Shown: piece by piece, positions 59,673 to 64,000 of the stretch
Numbering within the stretch: position 1 is the first letter of the stretch
Layout of the letters: every line of letters starts with the position of its first letter
Source of the DNA: a virus
IMG/VR virus record: IMGVR_UViG_3300045258_000102
Span: 8,891 to 72,890 of that record
DNA: 64,000 nucleotides
Reading direction: 5' to 3' (one strand)
Program-made: the position numbers and the translations under genes
The notes under the pieces: generated by a model
What the model saw: the letters and a program-made list of their open reading frames with translations, nothing else
Databases searched by the model: none
What the model was told of the DNA's origin: nothing

Positions 59673-60706
59673 CAGTTCGTGACCTTTACTTCGCGAAGCT
59701 GTTCGTGCCCGGCCCGCTTCGTGGTGCCCAGTTTGGCGACGGCCTCATCGATGTCTTTCTGCGCCCACAAACTGTCTTTGACCACGATGCGTTTGATCGC
59801 CTTGCTGCCAGCCGGCATGATTGCTAGTTCGGCGTCCGCCATCTCGGCGAGCACGTGGTTTGTCGCCTCGGCGATCTCAGCTTCGAGGTCTTTGACTTCC
59901 TGTTTGCGGCGCTGAACGCCCACCCAGCGTTCGAAGTTCTCGTCGGATAGCACGATGGACGTGCCCTGCTGAAGACCGTAGAGCGCGCGGAGGCATTCGC
60001 GTGTGCGCGGGTGCTGGAAGTTCGGCTCGGGCGGATCGTCTGCGAGGATGCGTTCAGCCAATTCCTTCTCGGCCGAAACGAGCGCGTCGATCAGCGTCTC
60101 ATCGCGATGAACTCTGTATCCGCGATAATGCCGCCCGAACAACACCGGCACGTCGACAAACTGGAAGCCGAACACGGCGCACTGCTGTTGCATCTGCCAG
60201 AGCGTGTAGTCTGGCACGAGGTCGGTGCCTTCTTGGCCGTACTTGTTCGTGTCCTCAGCCGTGGCATCCTTGAGGAACATGCGGTCGGTGGAAGTCTTCG
60301 CGTCGACGCCCCACTCCATCGGTAGAAACGCCTTCGGGTCATGGGAGTCGACAAGTGGATTCGCCCGGGGAAATCCGATCGCGTCAGGCGTTGCCGCCAT
60401 GAACGAGTACTCGCCGTGGAAGTGGAGCGGCAAGCCAGTCTTGATGCAGTTTCCGCTCCTGCGCACGTACATCTCGAGTACGACGGGCTCCATCAGCGAG
60501 CCGACTTCCATGTCTTCGCTCTGCTCGATCGGCGGCTTGCGCCGAGTTTGCAATAGGAATTCTTCGAGCGGGTTCTCCATGATCGCCCCGGCGCGGCTGG
60601 CGCCGAACACAACTGGACGCTCTCGGTCTGGGTCGAATACTCGAAGTGCTAGCCAAGATTCGGTCTGGGGTTGAGGCCCGGGGATTGGCTTAGCTATCGC
60701 TGACAT
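59672..60706 (-). CDS. YqaJ-like (lambda Exo family) exonuclease
   Basis: WL..R...FGAS, G..MEP, ATPDA, DAKTS, P.Y..WQ.Q.Q; GGGAGG SD before MSAIAK. Confidence 0.85.
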   Translation of the reverse strand: MSAIAKPIPGPQPQTESWLALRVFDPDRERPVVFGASRAGAIMENPLEEFLLQTRRKPPIEQSEDMEVGSLMEPVVLEMYVRRSGNCIKTGLPLHFHGEYSFMAATPDAIGFPRANPLVDSHDPKAFLPMEWGVDAKTSTDRMFLKDATAEDTNKYGQEGTDLVPDYTLWQMQQQCAVFGFQFVDVPVLFGRHYRGYRVHRDETLIDALVSAEKELAERILADDPPEPNFQHPRTRECLRALYGLQQGTSIVLSDENFERWVGVQRRKQEVKDLEAEIAEATNHVLAEMADAELAIMPAGSKAIKRIVVKDSLWAQKDIDEAVAKLGTTKRAGHEQLREVKVTN

Positions 60707-60887
60707 CGTCGCCTCCCTTCGCAAGATCGCGGTCTTTTTTGGAACGTATCTCTCCACGATCGACGCGCATCGACTTCGGCGCTTCGATGCCAATTCGCAC
60801 GCGGTCGCCGCGAATGTCGACCACTTTGAGAACGACGTCCTCGCCGACCATGATTTTTTCGCCTACGAGTCTTGAAAGTACGAGCAC
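60690..60887 (-). CDS. csrA: Carbon storage regulator CsrA/RsmA homologue
   Basis: MLVLSR..GE.I.VG.DV...V..I.GD.VRIGIEAPK...V.R.EI; AAGGAGG SD. Confidence 0.95.
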   Translation of the reverse strand: MLVLSRLVGEKIMVGEDVVLKVVDIRGDRVRIGIEAPKSMRVDRGEIRSKKDRDLAKGGDDVSDS

Positions 60888-60925
60888 TTCACACCTCCTT
60901 GAAAAAGTGATTTCCTAAGACTCTC

Positions 60926-61339
60926 CTAGCGCTCGCCGACTGTGATTTGCAGCCGCCAGCGGTTTTCCGTGTGTTCGACGATGCCGCTCGTCATGGCCTG
61001 AACCAACTGCTTCACAAGCGGCGAGTTTTTCTTGGCGAGTGCGGCGACGAGCTGCTTGCGTATGTCGCCCTCAAACTTCTTGACCTCGGTGGCGAACGCC
61101 TCTGATACGGCTTGCCGTATGGCGTTCCCGCACGCCCACTGAACGAACGGGACATTTGATGAGTAGCTCCCCGGCTTGCCGTCGCTGTCGACCTTCTGCT
61201 CGAGAACTCGAGTCACGGCCATTTGCATGACCTGCTCATGTCCGCCGAGCGCCCGCAGCATCGCGGCTGACACTTCTTTTTGGATCGCTGCTTCGACGAG
61301 GTCTTTCGGGAGTGTGACGCTTGCTGTTTCCATACCCAC
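60926..61339 (-). CDS. Hypothetical protein, first gene of the leftward early operon
   Basis: AGGAGG SD; 137 aa helical. Confidence 0.65.
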   Translation of the reverse strand: MGMETASVTLPKDLVEAAIQKEVSAAMLRALGGHEQVMQMAVTRVLEQKVDSDGKPGSYSSNVPFVQWACGNAIRQAVSEAFATEVKKFEGDIRKQLVAALAKKNSPLVKQLVQAMTSGIVEHTENRWRLQITVGER

Positions 61340-61556
61340 TTCCTCCTAGCTAAGAAGGCGCCGGGTCGGCGGCCGGTAACTACGCCGACCCGGCTGACCT
61401 TCCATCCAGTGGTTTGATTGCGAGCATCGCAGAGAAGCTATTCAACGAGCTTTAACTCGGCAGCCGTCCATGCGTAGCTCTGGGTTTCGATCCGTCTGGA
61501 AACGGCAGATCGCGGAGAGGCCCGCAGAAGTGCCGACGTGTGGTTCAACGTCGGCG

Positions 61557-61585
61557 ATGCTAAAAGATTATTTATTTCGATGCAA
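61557..61585 (-). promoter_or_regulatory. Leftward early promoter
   Basis: Minus strand TTGCAT-N17-TAGCAT. Confidence 0.7.
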
Positions 61586-61600
61586 GGGCAAAAATTGCCA

Positions 61601-61870
61601 TCACGCAGATTTTTTCCCGCGCGGCTGTTTGGGCAGTTTGTCCATCATTTCGTCAGCAGTTCGTCCGAGCGCCTCGGCGATGCGCTTCAGCACGGCAGCC
61701 CCGCACATAACCTGCTCGTTGATATACAGGCTAATTCGCATCTCTGACTCGCCCGTCGCTTTTGCGAGCCATTTTTGCTGATTCTGTGGTGGATCGCGAA
61801 GCGAAAGCTCGTAACGGATATTAGCCGCAATGTTGCGCTTAGCCTGCTCGTCGGTGATCACGATTGACAT
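61601..61870 (-). CDS. XRE-type HTH repressor candidate
   Basis: NIAANIR...QKWLAKATGESEMRISLYIN....GA..L.RIAEALG.T.DE. Confidence 0.8.
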   Translation of the reverse strand: MSIVITDEQAKRNIAANIRYELSLRDPPQNQQKWLAKATGESEMRISLYINEQVMCGAAVLKRIAEALGRTADEMMDKLPKQPRGKKSA

Positions 61871-61877
61871 CCTCGGT

Positions 61878-61906
61878 AGAGTAAAGTATTTTTGATCGCG
61901 ATTCAA
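61878..61906 (-). promoter_or_regulatory. Promoter giving a leaderless repressor mRNA
   Basis: TTGAAT-N17-TACTCT followed 7 nt later by ATG 61870. Confidence 0.6.
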
Positions 61907-61975
61907 GGTGCTGCCGGCCGACTCGCTTCGGTTTGTTGTTGAAGCACACGTCGGCGCGCCGACCGGCAGCGTGGT

Positions 61976-62143
61976 TCACGACGCAGCTGACGCCGCGCGA
62001 TCCTGTTGATTCGCTGGCGGCTTTCTCGTAAGTGGCTTCGGAATGTCGATGTTCTTAGCCCGCACGTAAGCCTCAACAGCTGCCCGCGTCGCCGCGGTGT
62101 CGGCCTTTATCGCCTTCAAAATCAAAATTGCTTCGTCGTCCAT
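61976..62143 (-). CDS. Small hypothetical protein (55 aa, below the ORF track cutoff)
   Basis: MDDEAILILKAIKADTAATRAAVEAYVRAKNIDIPK...; AAGGA upstream. Confidence 0.45.
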   Translation of the reverse strand: MDDEAILILKAIKADTAATRAAVEAYVRAKNIDIPKPLTRKPPANQQDRAASAAS

Positions 62144-62182
62144 ATCTAATCCTTCTGGCCGTCTGGTGGCCTCTAGGGTTGG

Positions 62183-62221
62183 GGCTGGTCGGGGCGAATT
62201 CCCCGACCAGCCAACTTTTTT
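62183..62221 (+). terminator. Strong hairpin/terminator next to the att site
   Basis: GGCTGGTCGGGG-CGAATT-CCCCGACCAGCC-AAC-T run. Confidence 0.65.
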
Positions 62222-62267
62222 CTTGCTTTTCGTTCGTCCCCAGATTACTTGTGGAATCTGAACGGAA

Positions 62268-62325
62268 GCGGAGGGCAGGAGATTCGAACTCCCAACCGGT
62301 TTCCCGGCACCTGATTTCGAGTCAG
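62268..62325 (-). tRNA. 3' part of tRNA-Ser(CGA): probable attP core
   Basis: Minus strand CTGA-CTCGAAA-TCAGG, long variable arm CCGG-GAAA-CCGG, GGGAG-TTCGAAT-CTCCT, GCCCTCC-G; no D arm or 5' acceptor strand; adjacent to the integrase. Confidence 0.85.
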
Positions 62326-62450
62326 CGCTAGGTAATTTGCACTAATTAGTGGCAATTGACCTGCTAGTGTGGTACGACTAATGGTCGGGCCTAGGATCGA
62401 ACGGAAGCGACATACACGGATGGCTTAATGGGGCCATTGGAGTCGCAGAA

Positions 62451-63333
62451 ATGTTTCTCAGCGAACTTGTCTCGCAATACGTACTTGAGCGGAACGAGGA
62501 GCGTGATATTGGTAGGGAATTGTCGCCGCGCACCGCTGGCCATCTGCTCGATTGTGCCGCAGTTTATTCACGCTACTTAAAACGCAGGGCGGTCGCCTCG
62601 GATCTGACGGCCGCTGGGATTAGCGAACTGCTGATTGTTGAGAGCAGCGCCGGCCGCTCGCCCTACACGATTAAGAACCGACGAACCGGCTTGCGCGTGT
62701 TGAGGAACTTCGCACTGAGAAAAGGCTGGGTCGATGATGCTGGCAAAACGATTCGCAAGGTGTTTTGCCCGCCGCTGGACGTGGATGGATACGACCTGGC
62801 GAAGATGAGCATGTTCGCAGATTACCTCGCGGGACTGACGGGCACCGTGCGCCACACGGGCATCCCGCGCGCTGTCTATTGGGAATCTCTGCTGCTGACG
62901 GCCTGGGAGCTTGGCCTGAGAATCGGCGATATGCCGCGGATTGAGTCGCAGCACTTCCAACGTGATGGCTGGTTGTTCGTGAGTGAGAGCAAAACCGGCA
63001 AAGGCGGATGGATGCGGATTCGCCCAAGCGTGACCGAGGCGATTGTCCGCTGCATCGACGCCAAGCCGAATCGGCAATACATCTGGCCTGCGCTTCAAGG
63101 TTAGAAACCTCTATCGGGCATTCAAACTCCTGGCAGAGAGAGCGGCCGTGTTTGGCACAAGCCGCTACGTTCGGCGGGGCTCTGGATCGGCCTATGAGAA
63201 GTTGCACCCCGGCTGCGGCTGGCGATTCCTGAGGCATTCCGGGCCGCAGGTTTTCGAGAAGCACTACCGGATCAGGCGGATTTGCGACGCTGACTCCCCT
63301 GCCCCGCCGGAAATACCCAGGTCGTGCGAATAA
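62451..63333 (+). pseudogene. Tyrosine integrase split by a +1 frameshift near 63090-63104
   Basis: Frame 1 has GLRIGD (R) and SKTG (K); the +1 frame has YVRRGSGS (R), LRHS (H) and KHY (Y). Confidence 0.8.
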
Positions 63334-63443
63334 TTCGCATACCCGGGCGCTGGCATTTATTGTGCGGCCGTGATTAGAATGCGGGACCGAGCTGTTCTCG
63401 CAGCCCGGCCCCTAAACCTGAGCAACCTACAAGGAGGTCGCCC

Positions 63444-64000
63444 ATGTCTGCAAAGTACTCTATGCGCTTTTCTCTTTTCGCGGCAGTGCTGTTTTTGACG
63501 TCGAACGCTCACGCCGATCGCCTGCTGTCAACGGTCGATGCCAACTGGTTACACTACTCGGCGGACCCTGCCGACTTCGATCTTTATTTCGGCATCAATG
63601 GTGGTGAAGAATCGCACCCCGATATGGTGACGCTTGAGATTGAGGGCGTGTCCGCTGCCGACTACGGCCACGCGTTCACATTCTCGGCCGCCGATCCAGG
63701 ATTTGCAGACGTGGCCAAAATGATTCATCAGTCCGAATTCGGCGCTAGCTTCTACGTCGATCAATACGGCTTCTATTGCGCCACGAACTCGCTTTGGCAG
63801 AGTAGCTCAGACCTCTTCAGCACGACGACGTCCCCGCTGAGTGGCCACCTTGGCGGCATCCAGCTAACTTCAATCGCCGTGACTCCGCTTGATCTGCACC
63901 ACGCACAGTTCGATTTTTACGGAGTCCCAGAGCCATCAACCTGGCTGCTGCTGACCATTGGCGTCGGATTCTGCGTCCTGCGCAAAGTGCCTCTCTTATC
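63444..64000 (+). CDS. PEP-CTERM surface protein (runs off window; absent from ORF track)
   Basis: AAGGAGG SD; signal peptide ending AHA; open to the edge, ending GVPEPSTWLLLTIGVGFCVLRK. Confidence 0.85.
   Translation, partial: MSAKYSMRFSLFAAVLFLTSNAHADRLLSTVDANWLHYSADPADFDLYFGINGGEESHPDMVTLEIEGVSAADYGHAFTFSAADPGFADVAKMIHQSEFGASFYVDQYGFYCATNSLWQSSSDLFSTTTSPLSGHLGGIQLTSIAVTPLDLHHAQFDFYGVPEPSTWLLLTIGVGFCVLRKVPLL

Larger units (their letters stand above)
1..64000. mobile_element. Temperate tailed phage (podovirus-like), probable Planctomycete host; extends beyond both window edges
   Basis: TerL, portal, scaffold, MCP, short-tail genes, RecT/YqaJ, RusA, initiator, repressor, integrase and att-like tRNA fragment are all present. 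No host housekeeping genes, tape measure or sheath seen. Confidence 0.93.

Noticed and set aside
59672-60793. Extended N-termini in the ORF track (also 2489-3607, 3478-5202, 12130-13338, 33225-34001, 37651-38535, 38933-39808, 44195-45046)
   Set aside because: They overlap real upstream genes; downstream starts with an SD or ATGA/GTGA coupling fit better.
62250-62345. Complete functional phage tRNA-Ser
   Set aside because: The 5' acceptor strand and D arm are absent, so it is treated as an att core.
1-64000. Genome-wide amber (TAG) recoding
   Set aside because: MCP, scaffold, portal and other genes end cleanly at TAG with the next gene close behind; only one internal TAG was noticed.
1-64000. 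CRISPR array, DGR or retron
   Set aside because: No regularly spaced repeats, no reverse transcriptase motif and no TR/VR pair seen by eye.

Overview
The whole window looks like one temperate, podovirus-like (P22/T7-type head-tail) phage genome segment. The host is most likely a Planctomycete, inferred from two PEP-CTERM proteins, a Planctomycete-type conserved small protein, csrA and Cys-rich exported proteins. From right to left it carries: a PEP-CTERM cargo gene; a frameshifted tyrosine integrase beside a 3' tRNA-Ser(CGA) fragment (probable attP); a leaderless HTH repressor; a long leftward early/replication operon (csrA, YqaJ-RecT, SMC-like ATPase, GH10-PEP-CTERM-CAP fusion, DUF1376 initiator, RusA, HerA-like ATPase, C5 methylase-like); a membrane/protease/thioredoxin cassette where lysis genes would be expected; a rightward island of small genes ending in HNH and a serine recombinase; virion appendage genes; and terminase, portal, scaffold, capsid and short-tail genes. 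The best leads are a possible doubly processed GH10-PEP-CTERM/signal peptide-CAP polyprotein, a protease plus thioredoxin lysis cassette, a nested basic gene with a possible -1 frameshift before terL, a repeated SymR-like antisense leader, a CI/C4-like RNA or invertible segment around the repressor, and a kissing-loop attenuator before the head genes. All family calls come from motif recognition by eye. No searches were run.
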